Part shown: piece after piece, positions 12,036 to 30,192 of the stretch
Position numbering within the stretch: the stretch's first letter is position 1
How the letters are laid out: each line of letters starts with the position of its first letter
Assembly: GCF_006345805.1 (NCBI RefSeq)
Contig: NC_043009.1
Coordinates: forward strand, 33,294,001 to 33,358,000
Source of the DNA: Octopus sinensis
Lineage: Eukaryota
Reading direction: 5' to 3'
DNA length: 64,000 nt
The notes under the pieces: generated by a model
The model's input: only the letters and a program-made list of their open reading frames with translations
Told to the model about the DNA's origin: nothing
Database searches by the model: none
Made by a program: the position numbers and the translations under genes

Positions 12036-12254
12036 CAGTAATCCCTCGCCATATCGCGGTTAACCTATCGCGGTTCACCTATCGCGGTTTATTATTTAAG
12101 CTTACGCCGATTCCTCCGTGGTGTTATTTTGCATTTATAATAAAGTAAATATATACAAATTAGAAAGATAATAAGAATAAACTCTACTTCGCGGATTTTC
12201 ACCTATCGCGGGGGGTTTTAGAACGTAACACCGGCGATAGTCGAGGGATTGCTG
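12036..12254. mobile_element. Tigger/pogo-like MITE (219 bp)
   Basis: Imperfect TIRs CAGTAATCCCTCGCCATATCGCGG / CCGGCGATAGTCGAGGGATTGCTG. The motif (C)TATCGCGG occurs three times near the left end and once near the right end. TA TSDs are not preserved. Confidence 0.75.
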
Positions 12255-12616
12255 AATTTCTAAATGGCAACCTAACCGTATGTATTGCTTATTTTATGTT
12301 TCTCTTCATCTATGTATTAGCGTATTATACAGAATGTATAATATATATATGTCCATGGATATACGTTCTAGGATGAAAACCTTAAAGGTTAAATATATGC
12401 GTGTATATTTATTAGATTTGTATGTATATATTTATTAAATACGTGTGTGTGTGTGTATATATTAATGAAAAAAGACGTTAATGATAAAACGCATGCCTTC
12501 ATGTTTATTAGTATATGTCTGAGTTTATTTATTTAAATATATGTGTACATAATTACAAAATATATAGCTATTAAATATATGTATTTAGGGAAAAACATTA
12601 ACGGTTAAATAAGTAT

Positions 12617-13420
12617 TCTGATCAATAAGTATCCGGAATGTTGCCATAATAACAATGCTAAAGCACATAGAGAAAATCTGCTTGTCATAGATTGATCTTA
12701 AATTCTGTTGTGCATGAGCACTAAGTTTTAACTTCTTGCTCACTTCCGCTGTTTACAACGGTGCTTGTAAGGAAGGGGTGTAGCGTGTGATTGCCGCATT
12801 GACCATGGCAGAGAAAGTTGAGCGGAGAATCTACATCAAATCTTGCCAAAAGCTGGGCGATATCTGCTCAGAGGTCTACGCAAACTTTTCAAAAAGTTTT
12901 CATCGTTTTCGACTCAACCAAGATCTTGTCCAACTGAAACCAGAGTGTCTTTTTGGTCAGCTGAAAGCAGTTTTGGCGCAAACTTTGCAGACACACGTCT
13001 CATACCCAAATATCCAATGATAAAGGAGTAAACCGTAACTAATCTGTACATCCCCTGATAACTCACGGAGGGTGATTCGACGTTTTCCCCTCACAGCTGC
13101 ACGCACTTCTGCGATGTTTTCTTCAGTTCTGCTAGTTGCGGGTCTCCCAGAAGGTTCATTACTCTCGACATTTTTTCGACCATCTTGGAAGCGTCTGAAC
13201 CACTCGTACACTTATGTTCGGCTCATACACTCCTCTCCATACACTTTCTGCAACTCTGAGCCGGTTTCGCCATGACAACTTTCTCTGTCATGGTCAATGC
13301 GACGATCACACGATCCACACCTTCCTTCCAAGCACTGTTGTAAACTGCGCAAAGCTTCACTCTGCGCGCTTTAGCTTCATTACTATGGCAACTGTCAGGA
13401 TACTTATTTGTCAGACCTCG
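12617..13420. mobile_element. Non-autonomous mariner derivative built from two opposed 5' ends
   Basis: TIR TCTGATCAATAAGTATCCGGAATGTTGCCATA / TATGGCAACTGTCAGGATACTTATTTGTCAGACCTCG-TA. The + strand encodes MAEKVERRIYIKSCQKLG; the - strand encodes YEWFRRFQDGRKNVESNEPSGRPATSRTEENIAEVRAAVRGKRRITLRELS (mariner HTH), ending before the first catalytic D. Confidence 0.88.
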
Positions 13421-13687
13421 TATATGTATGTATATTTATTTAATATACGTGTATGTAGTTATTAACTCTATGCTTGTACATGTATTTAGTGAAAAACCTA
13501 ATAAATAAATATATGTATAAATATCTATAAACATCTAGCTCCTCTTACGCATAACCCTTTCACACACTGTTAAATGCCATTTCTTCAGAGCTTACTCATT
13601 CCAAGATCCTCGGGCGCTACCCAATTAATTGAATTCTATATCAAGCATCTTTTGCGCTATGTATAATTTTATAATACATATATATAT

Positions 13688-14330
13688 ACTAGCAACTAAG
13701 CCTGGTTTCATCCGGTCGGTTTGGATGATGTGGCTGTAAAACCTGTACTGTGTAAGCATTCGACTTGTTTGGGCACGCTTACATTAAAAAACAATTTTAG
13801 AATGACTTTTTTCTGTCAAAACGCTAAAAATAACTGACCAACAAAACAAAAAACAACCATGATTCAACCAAATTAAAAAATAAACCCAAATACTAAGCGA
13901 ACAAAGATGAAACATCCCACTTCCATTGTGCGTGCACACGCACACACATACAAACACACACACGCGCACACACATACATTCACATACCCCCGTTTTACAT
14001 ACACGTACATATATTCACACAGAGTTGAAAGGCTGTTTGATTTTTCAGCGTACAATTTTCATCATCCCACTACCAAGTATGACATCACCCCTTCCTTCCT
14101 TATTCATCTATCACCCTTTCCTTTCTCATTCTTAAGCACAGGAGTATTATTATAGTTGATTATCTCGGTAGCTATGGGAGCTATGGAAAAATACAAAGCC
14201 CAGCAACACCACCGGACCATTCCACACATCTGTGTAATTTTTCGCGTAATTCCACCCAGCCGTTGGACCGTGAATCCCAAGACAAGAAAGAATCACCCAT
14301 GTTAAATTTATGTGTATAGATATTACGATC
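13688..14330 (+). mobile_element. Possible non-autonomous Helitron/HINE-like element with internal (CA)n
   Basis: 5' ACTAGCAACTAAGCCTGGTTTCATCCGG and 3' AATTCCACCCAGCCGTTGGACCGTGAATCCC resemble HINE/Lep1-type ends. Recalled similarity only. Confidence 0.35.
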
Positions 14331-15092
14331 TATACGATATTAGATGGATACATTGAGATACATATACATACATGTATATGTGTGTGTGTGTTGTGTGTGT
14401 GTGTGTGTGTGTATGTGTGCTTGTGTGTGTTTGGTGAGGCGTTGTAATACCAAAATGGAGCCATATTAAAGCATTCATAGATAAATAGAATGAACACTTC
14501 CAAACATAAATTATTATGCGTAAGATATATATCCATAATCATTTATTGTGTGTTCGTGGTTTTAAATACTTGCCTATATCAATGTGTTGCACTCGAATGA
14601 AGTGCAGTGACGATGCTGGAATATCATTCCCTTTGTTTACGATCGATGTACCAAGAGATAGTTTATTGTCTTGGCATGTATACAGAAGAAATAACAAGGA
14701 ACACTGATATAATAATATCTAAATAAACACGCTTGTGTATAAATGCATTTAATTCTGAACAATGGAAACGAGTAAACAGACCTGCAGAAATGTAGTCGTT
14801 TAAATTATTATATAAAACAAATATAAGGTGTTGATATATATTAGCATAAATTAGGTTCGATTTCTCAACAGACAATCCGTTGTCTTAAAGAAAAAACAAA
14901 CGTGAAGGAGAAAAATATTTTAGCCTTATTACTGTTGCAATTAACATGAAAATTTAGTCATCACTTAAAGAATCGCAGGTGTTGAAACTCTCAATTGTAC
15001 AATAATGGAATGGATATCAGACTATATGTTTTTTGCATAGATTTTTATTTTGCTTAAATTGTGTGCATGTGTGTGAGTGTGTGCGTGTGTTT

Positions 15093-17896
<2,804 letters not shown>

Positions 17897-18396
17897 TGTG
17901 TATGTATATACACATACTCACACACATACATATACATGCATGTGCGTGGTGTGTGTATGTGTGTACATACATAGATGTAATTATTCAGTCATTAGTATCA
18001 AAGTATTTTCTCATCCACCCCTGATCTGTTCACTGATCTCTATGACATCTGTCTACATTTCAAAGTGTGTCTTCTTAGTTTTGTGTAAAGCTTATGTTTT
18101 GATACGTTTGCGTGTGTGTTTTTCTCTATTGTAAGATTAGTGTGCGTGTAAATTCTCTTATGTTTGTATATGTGTATTTCTCTATTAGAAGATGTGTGTG
18201 TGTACCTTCTTTTGAGTTTGTGTACATGTTTTTCTCAGTTTAAAGGATGAGCCTAAGTTCTCTTATGTTTGTGTGTGTGTTCCTTGTTTTTCTAGTATAC
18301 TTTCTACTACGTTTATGTACGTGTTTTTCTCTTCTGTAAAATGTGTGTGTGTATGGAGGCATATTACTTATATACGTGATTCTCTTTGTTATAAGA

Positions 18397-18475
<79 letters not shown>

Positions 18476-18519
18476 CATGCATACATACATATATACATAC
18501 ATACTTACATACAGTATTG

Positions 18520-19074
18520 GTGGTGTAGGTGGTTAGATGTGTTGGTGTCGTGTGACTGCGAGTCGGTAGCGGTGGTGGTTGTGTTTGTGATGGTAGTTGT
18601 GATGGAAAGTGCTGATTGGTATAGGTAGTAGCGCTAGTAGTGGTGTTAGTTGTGGTGCTGGCGGCCGTAACGCTGATGGCGGTGACGGCGATGGTAGAGG
18701 TAGTGGTAGTGGTGATGACGACAGTGGTGTTGGTGTCGGTTGTAGTGGTGATGGTCGCGTCGGTGTGTTAGTAGTGGTGGCAGCGGTGGTGGTGATGGTG
18801 GTGGTGGAGAGGATGATGAAGATGGTCGTGGAGTGTGACTTGCTGAACTTGATAGTGGTAGCTGAGTGTAGCTCTGTGTGTGTGTTGATGGTGATAGTGG
18901 AGTATGGCTGTGAGTAGAGTGTGGGTAGTGGAGTGTGAGTGTGAACGTTAGTAAATAGAGCAGAGCACGAGATTGTAAGTTAGTAGCGGAGTGTGACTCT
19001 GCGTGTTTGTAAAGTAATTATTGCTAGGTACATTGGTAGTGAGTCAGTGTGTCTATACGTGTGTGCATGCTAAT

Positions 19075-19147
<73 letters not shown>

Positions 19148-19160
19148 CGTGCGTGTGTGT
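18520..19160. repeat. GGT/GAT-rich low-complexity region followed by (TG)n
   Basis: Direct reading. Confidence 0.85.
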
Positions 19161-19944
19161 GTCTATTTGTTACTTTTAGTTTTACATGTTCTGCAGCAGC
19201 AGACAATTAGCAACAATAAGAAGAAAGAAAAAAAAACAAACGTAACACAAATCGATAATCAAAATCAATAATCATAATATTGATATGTTTGAAGCTTGAA
19301 TATTCTTCAAGTAAGGAATATTGGTGAAACATAGCAAGAAATATAGAAATAACAAACATGACAGCTTTCGAAAGGACAGAGAATGATAAACATGAACAGC
19401 TTACAAACACAAACTCATGGCTATGTTAGTAAATGAGTCGCTTAGCAATCACGTGAATCCGAGTTCGGTCCCACATCATGGTGAATTGGGAAATGGTTTG
19501 TACCATAGGCTTGTGCTGACTGTGACATTTGAAATGGAATTTGGTAAGCGAGAAGAGTACTACACACATACACACACACACACACACGCACACACACAGG
19601 CACATAGAGATATATTACATGTTTCTCCTACGTATACACCTTTGTAACTCTTATCAGCAAATGATACATGAGTAATGGGGAATAAATAACACCAAAAAGT
19701 TTGCTTCCAGTCTCCTGTTTTGATATGCAGTTACTCTGCCAACATATTTTCCGTTTTTTTCTTTTTTAACTATTTATGCCTACCTCATACAAGCATAACA
19801 TCTGCACACCACTTTGGAGGACTGGAACAAGCAGATGTACATGAAGAGGACACAGCTTGGATTATATCTGTGTGTTTGTATGCACGTATGTACGTATATA
19901 TGTATATTTATATATATATATATATGTCTGTGTGTGTGTGTAGT

Positions 19945-20323
19945 GGAGGCGCAATGGCCCAGTGGACTCAGCGGACTCGCGGTCGTAGGATCGCGGTTTC
20001 GATTCCCAGACCGGGCGTTGTGAGGGTTTATTGAGCAAAACACCTAAAGCTCCACGAGGCTCCGCCAGGTGGTGTTGGCGAACCCTGCTGTACTCTTTCA
20101 CCACATCTTTCTCTCAGTCTTTCTTCCTGTTTCTGTTGTACCTATATTTCAAAGTGGCCAGCCTTGTCACACTATGTGTTACGCTGAATCACCCCGAGAA
20201 CTACATTAAAGGTACACGTGTCTGTGGAGTGCTCAGTCACTTGCACGTTAATTTCACGAGCAGGCTGTTCCGTTGGCCGGATCAACTGGAACCCCCGTCG
20301 TCATAACCGACGGAGTACCACAA
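19945..20323 (+). mobile_element. tRNA-derived SINE, family B, near full length
   Basis: Head GGAGGCGCAATGGCCCAGTGG (A box) and GGTTTCGATTCCC (B box); body and tail homologous to the inverted copy at 21665-21982. Confidence 0.85.
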
Positions 20324-20328
20324 CGATG

Positions 20329-20368
<40 letters not shown>

Positions 20369-21404
20369 CATGTTTGCATGTATGTATAGGTATAGAGTCT
20401 GGTGGGCTGTCCACAAGGCTTTCGTGGAAACAAAACCATTTAACTTTTGTTTTAATGCTTACTATTCTATTCTTTATAATGTGCTTCTTTTTCTGATATA
20501 TCTTATATTGACAAACAAATATTTATATATATATATAATATAAATAATCATCACCGCGTTGCTGTTGATTGTTTACACTGCTGTGACCTGCAAATCAGCC
20601 CTGATCCAGCAACTCGATAACCAATTATATTCCAGCCGTGACCATCCCGTCAATTTATATATCAAGAACTACATTGTTCCCATTTTTACATTGGTACGTT
20701 ATGAATTGAGACTTATCTGGCTGCTATTTCTAGCAAATGGTGCTACCAAGTAGAGTCTCCTTCTTTAGTTCAAAGATGATAGAACAAGTGGTTATAGTTA
20801 TTTGGCCATATTTAATCATCGATTCGTCCCGATCAGGCAGATTAGGATCAAAGTCTTTGTAGTAACGATCATCCGTTTTAGGGCTACCTGTTATTTTATC
20901 TAATACGAACTTCACTAATATTAATTATTCTTATAGAGACGGTATGAATTTTAGGTAGTTTACGCTGCTGCTTCTAACAACCGAGCAAATAGACTCTCTC
21001 ACTGGATCAAAGTGATGGAGTTGTAATTTAGCTCTAGGCTAGAACTGATCGCTCACACTGATGGTCAAAACCTGATCCGAGATGACCAACACGTCTTTTT
21101 TTGGATATAGTACATGATATACAACCATTTTCTCCGCAATTAGAAAGTAATCTAGCTGCTATCTCTACCAGATCGTGCAAATATTTAGAGGTTCTCTCGA
21201 TGGATCGAGGCGGCGGCATTGGTAGAAATGAATGCTAGATTAGTACACTATATCTCCACACTGCATTACCATACAAAATTGCCACACATTTATTATGACA
21301 CAGTATTACAACACTGTAATACCAGAAGAAAAACCACACTATATTTACACACTAAATTTCCATTCTACATTACTACACTATATTTCCACACAATATTGGT
21401 TTCA

Positions 21405-21570
21405 AATTTTAGCACAAGGCCAGTGCCCAACTAGTACGTGATTTACTGACCCCGAAAGGATGAAAGGCAAAGTTGACCTCGTCGGAATTTGAACTCAGAA
21501 CATAAAGACGGACGAAATGCCGCTAAGCATTTTACCCGGTGTGCTAACGAATTTTGTCAGCTCACCACCG
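21405..21570 (-). mobile_element. SINE family A fragment
   Basis: GACCCCGAAAGGATGAAAGGCAAAGTTGACCTCGTCGGAATTTGAACTCAGAAC is shared with 34725-35310 and 54985-55215. Confidence 0.85.
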
Positions 21571-21664
21571 AAATTTCTACACAATATTACCACAGGATTA
21601 CCACACTATAATACCACTGTATTTCTTCACTCTATTTCCACATGTATTTCCACACTATAAACTG

Positions 21665-21982
21665 GAACCTCCGTCGGTGATGACGACGAGTGTTCCAATT
21701 GATCCGATAAATGGATCATCCTGCTCGTGAAATTAACGTGAAAGTGACTGAGCAGTCTACAGACACGCGTACCCTTAAAGTAGTTCTCAGGGAGATTCAG
21801 CGTGACACAGGATGTGACAAGGCTGGCCGCTCGAATTACAGGTACTATTCATTTTAGCCAGCTGAGTGGACTGCAACAACGTGGAATAAAGTATCCAGCT
21901 CAACGACACAATGCACCGCCGGGAATCGAAATCAAGTCCTTACAATCGTAAGCTGTATATCCTAACCACTAAACCGTGCTCC
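21665..21982 (-). mobile_element. SINE family B copy
   Basis: Reverse complement of the 19945-20323 body/tail (CTGCTCGTGAAATTAACGTG, GTGACAAGGCTGGCC) plus a tRNA-like head (GGGAATCGAA, CCTAACCACT). Confidence 0.8.
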
Positions 21983-22289
21983 TTCCATACTATATTAGCA
22001 AACTAAATTACCCACCTCTGAATTTCGACACTATTTTACCACACTGTATTCTGTTTTCATTTGATATTCTGTGTTGAAATCTTACTAGAACCAACTTTAA
22101 CTTCCATTTGTGCTTGTTGGTGGTGGTGGTGGTGGTGGTGGTGATATCGGTGATGGCAGCGGCAGCAGCGTTGGCGGCGGCGGTGATAGTGGTTGCGGTT
22201 GTGTATAAGTAAAGAATTTTAGCAAGTAAACTGGTTCCAGTTTCATTGACAGTATCTAATCTCTTAGAGAAGCTGCCTTTGTGTAATGT

Positions 22290-24420
<2,131 letters not shown>

Positions 24421-24539
24421 AACGAGGACGAAATCATTACTGATGAAAATACGAAACTGAAAAAAGAAGGACAATCACTACAGATAGACGTAACACAACG
24501 AATAGTGCGTCGAACAATTTCTTCTAAAAGTCAATGAAA

Positions 24540-24640
24540 TCTCACCTCGAGAAAATTACGGATAAAGGGCAGAATGAAGATGAACGACGATTCACAGCTT
24601 TTGGAAAATTAAACAGTTTGTTAATAGCTAAACAAAAAAA
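24540..24640 (+). mobile_element. Possible RTE-type LINE scrap
   Basis: RRFTAFGKLNSLL resembles the RTE post-RT motif (RR...W.AF.KL..LL). Confidence 0.3.
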
Positions 24641-25149
24641 AATATTCTAGATCAGAATATAATCTACATGCGAAACTTAGACACCTCGGACTCCAAAATA
24701 GAATATATATCTGTACCTTTCAGCACCAAATGTCTCCATTATTTGTACCTTTCAACACTAAATCTCTCCAAACAGGCTTACCGGTGCATTCGGTTGCACT
24801 CAAAAGCAACACAATTTGAAAAAATGGTTAGGTGAAGTAGTGTTCTTGTTTCAGTATAAACAGTAGTCACCTTTCTTAAAATTATAACTTCTTTTATTTA
24901 TTGAGAGTTTTAAATTATTATGTAAATATATGTATGCTTACACATATGAATGTGTGTGTGTGTGCGCGCGTGTGTGTGTGTGTGTGCTGTTTAGGTCATT
25001 TCCCGAGGAGCAGATCTATTCAAAGGCGTTCTTGCCATGACCGTCGCATTTTTAATTCACATATGCGGATCTAGGAGTGCACTGTCCAATGTGTTTTGTA
25101 CCTAGTTTAATTTTGTAGTGTACGGTTTGGGAGAAATTTGGCTGCTATC

Positions 25150-25407
25150 TTTACCAATGCAAACATCATCATCTTTATTGCCACTATCATCATCATTGTC
25201 ACCAATTTAACCATCATTACAAGCACCACCGCATTCCTTACCACCACCACCACCACCATCACCATCACCGTAACTCTCATCACAAGCACCACCCCGACAT
25301 CATTACCATGTTCAACAGCACCATATGGAGAATTACTACTACAACTACTACTACTACTACTACTACTGCCGCTGCTGCTGCTGCCACTACTACTACTACT
25401 ACTACTA

Positions 25408-25444
<37 letters not shown>

Positions 25445-26100
25445 GCTACTACTCCGTGAACACCTTTATCACGGCCCGCACTGGTATCATTACTATCACT
25501 GGCATCATCATCATCACTACCACAACCATCTGCACTGTCATCACCTCCATTATTAGCAGCAGCAGCAGCTTAATACCATCATCATCATCATCATCATCGT
25601 AATCATCGTTACCATCACCACCACCGCAACCACCACAATCATCATCACCATAACCACCACCACCACCATCACCACCTAATCCACCATCACCACCACCACT
25701 ACCACCATCATCATCACCACCACCATCACCATCACCACCAGCACTACCACCATCACCACCATCACCAACAGTAGCTTGATACTTTCATCATCATTATTAT
25801 CATTATCGTCGTTACCATCACCACCATCACAATCATCATCACCATCACCACCACCATCACCACCACCACCACCACTTTCACCGCCACCATCATCACAACC
25901 ACCACCGTCACCATCATCACCACCACCGCCACCACTACCACCATCACCACCATCACCATCACCACCACCTCCACCACAATCATCCTCACTACCACTACAA
26001 CCATCATCGCCGCCACCCACCCCACCACCATTACCATCACCACCACCACCATCACTACCACCGACACCACAATCATCATCACCATCGCCACCACAACCGT
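25150..26100. repeat. ~1-kb compound trinucleotide low-complexity tract (CAC/CAT/CTA/CTG)
   Basis: Direct reading; source of the G/D-, V/M- and S/P-rich ORFs. Confidence 0.92.
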
Positions 26101-27619
26101 CCACTGCATATTCCCGAAATGTGAAGACGTGGCTGTACAATTTTATGGATTAAAAAGTAGTTTTAAGTGTTTTTATAGTTTTATCTTCCACAAAGACTCC
26201 CAGGAATCGAGGGAATATTATGTAAGAATATTGACAAATAATTGCAAACATCTTCAGATATAATGGTTAAAAGAGAAGTCTTAGAATGCTATCAGCACGA
26301 AACGTCTGCAAATATCCAGTGTTTGTTAGCAATGACAGCAAATGAGACAGAATCCTTGAGATTCTTGAAGGAATATCAATGTTTTTTTTCCTTTTTATAT
26401 ATATTTATATATAAAAGTGTGTCGTTATATGAGACAGAGTGCCAACATCATCTCGTCTTGTTGCAATGTTATAAGATAACGTAAGTTGCTTGAGAGAATT
26501 CTATTTAGCTTTGATATCCAGAAGTTGATGCTTTAATCTAGATTAAAACAAGATGACAAGGATAAAAGAGAAGAGACAGACACGGTGACAAGAGTTCAGG
26601 AAAAATCGTTCCCTTCAGCCATATTGTTGATGATAATAATAATAAACTTTTCTATATTCACTCTATTACATATCGTGTGTGTATGAGTGTGTCTGTATAT
26701 GTGTGTGCGTGTGTTTGTCTGTCTGTCTGTGTATTTGTGTCAGTGTCTGTGTGTGTAAGAAATATCCATGGTACGTCTAGCAAAGATTTTCTTTAAAATT
26801 TTCTGCTTAAGTTTCGTAAAACTGCGACACTGATATGAAAAAGATCATAAGATCATTTCACGTAAGGATCAACTAAGATGGTCACTCCAAACTGCAATTT
26901 TAAGAATCCAGATCCTTATTCATTAGACCAGGCATGCATAGTTAGCCGAGATCACCTCTGTTCCGCCAAATAAGGGGACAAGAAAACAACATCAGACTAT
27001 GCGAAAGTGACTTGAAAACAAGGTGCGTCTGCGTCCAGCCTTCTTTCAAACAGAAAGAAAAGCACAAAACTGGCAAGTGATAACCGGAAGCTGAAGGACA
27101 ACAAGGGACCGCACACCATCAAGTAGAGAGATCTAGGTCATATATTAATGGGTCAAAAAATTGTGTGGCACACATCTTTATTAGATCGAAGAACTATACC
27201 GATCTGCATCTTGTAGTAGAGCACTGGTGCGAGAGTTCTAGGATCAGAAATTTTTACAAGATGTATGCAAGTAGACTAGTGGCTATTATCGAACTGAAAG
27301 TTACCCACCTTGCCGGATTAGAAACAGTTTAGCACATTCTAATTTTTTTTCTTTCCTGATTATCCACCACCAGGCATAATTTGCTTTTTCTGTGCTTTTT
27401 AAATCTAAATCCTGAACGTTGAAGGGCTAAAGGGACAAATTTTTGTCCTCTTTAACTTAAGGTTCCTTCTCGCAATTTTTTCTCCCTTTTTCTCACATTA
27501 CTCCACGGAGTAGCCATATCATTTATGTCTGAACGATTGCTGGATCATGCACGCAAGGCTATGCCCGTCCAAACTGAAAAATAGTGTATGTGTGTAATTA
27601 TATATGTAGTATATATATA

Positions 27620-28197
27620 TGTATGCTTTTTCTTTGAGTTTTATTTAGAGAGTTATTTAGAGTTCAAGCCAGTCGCTAACAAAACTACAAGACAGTTTAT
27701 GTTAAGAGAGTTCCTGCTATTTGTAAATATGTGGTTGAGTTGTTGGTGCACATATATGGGTGTGTACATCTATACCTCTAAAGAATCTCAGACGGAGAAT
27801 TTTGGGAATATCTTAGAAATCTTCACTGTGCTGCTAATAGTTTAGACTTAGTGTTTCTAGCTTTTTGTGTAAATTTGAAGGTCCACAGTCTAATCTAATG
27901 CACCTAAGATGATAGCTACAAATGAGAATTTATGGTCAAGGTATAAGTGTTGTAAGTTTTGCATTAATTGACCATAAATGCTCTCTTCTTTCCTGGGCTT
28001 TTCATGGTACATTCACATCCGTTGAGCAGTTACCCTCCACAACAGTGCATGATTTTCATTACCTGTCCCTTAAAACAATATCAGGTCTATAATGTTTGCA
28101 CCGAATTGCTGTTCTTATGGGAGTGTTCCACCAATATTCCTTTCTAATGGTATGAATACCTGCTGGTTCTGACATATATGTGCGTGTTTTTGTGTGT

Positions 28198-28263
<66 letters not shown>

Positions 28264-28945
28264 TGTGTCAAATCTATCCTTCCTGCCAATAGCGTTGTGA
28301 AAGGTCTTTGCAACTATATCATACTTCAGAGGTAGGTAGCATCTTATAGACATTTTGGAACAGGTGCTGATGATGTGGATGATATCTTCCACATAGGTAT
28401 AGCAGAGCCGACATATTCTATCACAGTGTGAAGGTTTTGTGGCATCTTGTTTATCAAATATTTAGTCGCTATTTCGCGTTCCAGGATAACGAATGCATAT
28501 CCTTTTGGGTGGGATGAAATGGATCTATCACATTCTTGTCAATGCTGTTGTTATCCTCTGAATTACAGGATATGTACCCAAGCACGGCTTTTGCTGATAT
28601 GATACCCACTTCTCCACCAAATGTAGTCCAGTCCAGCTTCCTTTGGATCGCATGAGACAGTTGTATTCTCAGAGAATCTGCACAGTAATTTTTCTTCAAC
28701 TCTGAAGATGTTGTTCTCACTTTTGAGTATGCATGCAATGTCCTCATTTCTTTCTTTACTCTTCAGCAAATATTGTCTGAGCGATACAATGCAACATTCT
28801 AAGGCTGTTTGGAGTGACAGTGTGCCTCTACCGGCATCACTTCACTTGATGTGGATCCTATTGGCGCCGCCGTTTATGTGGAAGTTGCCAGTGGTGGTCA
28901 GTTCATTTCTAGTTTTGATGTCTGGGTTGTGGATATCGTCAAGCT
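27620..28945 (-). mobile_element. R4/Dong-type RLE LINE 3' fragment, decayed, with an internal (CA)n
   Basis: DIKTRNELTTTGNFHING..LQTALECCIVSLRQYLL; EDIIHIISTCSKMSIRCYLPLKYDIVAK (CCHC region); YWWNTPIRTAIRCKHYRPDIVLRDR (PD motif); HKFSFVAIILGAL; TVKISKIF. Confidence 0.85.
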
Positions 28946-29198
28946 TCCACTATATGTATGTATGTATGTATGTATATATGTATGTATAACCTGCGACTCA
29001 GTAGTTACCGATGATGTTGACTTGTTCTACTTTTCGGATTATAGCTGCTGTTGCTTAGTGAGTGGGATTGACTTAGTGCACAGTCTTTCCTTACTTTAAA
29101 AAAATCTTCTTGCACAGGCATTGCACGATAACAACATTGATTAAGCTTTGTGCAATGACCATACTCGATAACGAGGGGGCAGCCACCATGTATGCATT

Positions 29199-29229
<31 letters not shown>

Positions 29230-29675
29230 TGTATGCATGTATGCACTATGCATGCATGTATGTATGTTGGTAGGTGTGTAGGTAAGCAGGCAGGCAGGCA
29301 TTCGTAAATGGGTTGACGAATTGAGACGCTTCACTGTGGAAGTGTAATAAGACAAAAACATGTTCATTACTTTCAGCCATCGAGACCCACTCTCACCCTC
29401 ATCGTCGTATTTTCCAATTTTTTTTCTTCACTTATCTCTGTGTTTTTAAAAGTGAAACAGCTGTAGAGTGCATTGTTCTGTACTCAATGATTTTTCAAAC
29501 CTGACCTGATAGAAATTTTCGACATCAACGTGTTTCTTATGTGACACTTTCTGCTGTGACCATAAAACAGTCGTGGTTCGCAGGAACTGTGCCGCTTCTC
29601 AACGGTTCTTATCACATCGTGATCATGTAAGTATGTTGTTCCTATTTAATTATACATAAATATTTTTGAATAACA

Positions 29676-29736
<61 letters not shown>

Positions 29737-30044
29737 AGCCATTTACAGTTTTAATGGAAAATTGTGAGAAAAAATATTTTAGCAGAAGTAAACCCAACTA
29801 AAACCCCACCAAAACTTCTCCTCTCTCCCTGCTGCATCACTCTACCACCACCACAACCACCGCCACCCGTTTGTGTCAAAATATAAAGAACGCAACGCAT
29901 TCATTGATCTCGCTAGAATAAAAAGGTTTTTAGAACTGCTGCGAACAAACGATTCAGGTATTATTGTTATTGTAGCTTTAAAACAAATGAAACAACGAAG
30001 ATGGTGGCAGCAGCGGCGGTGGTGGTGGTGGTGGTGGTGGTGGT

Positions 30045-30072
<28 letters not shown>

Positions 30073-30078
<6 letters not shown>

Positions 30079-30192
30079 ACGGTGGCGGCGACGGTAGCGG
30101 CGACGGTAGCGGCGACGGTAGCGGCGACGGTAGCGGCGACGGTAGCGGCGACGGTAGCGGCGACGGTAGCGGCGACGGTAGCGGCGACGGTG
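30073..30192. repeat. 12-bp minisatellite (GCGGCGACGGTA)x10
   Basis: Ten phased units counted directly, embedded in GGT/GGC repeats. Confidence 0.95.

Noticed and set aside
29452-29470. GAAACAGCTGTA resembling a palindromic hammerhead stem III
   Set aside because: No upstream CTGANGA core or stem II.
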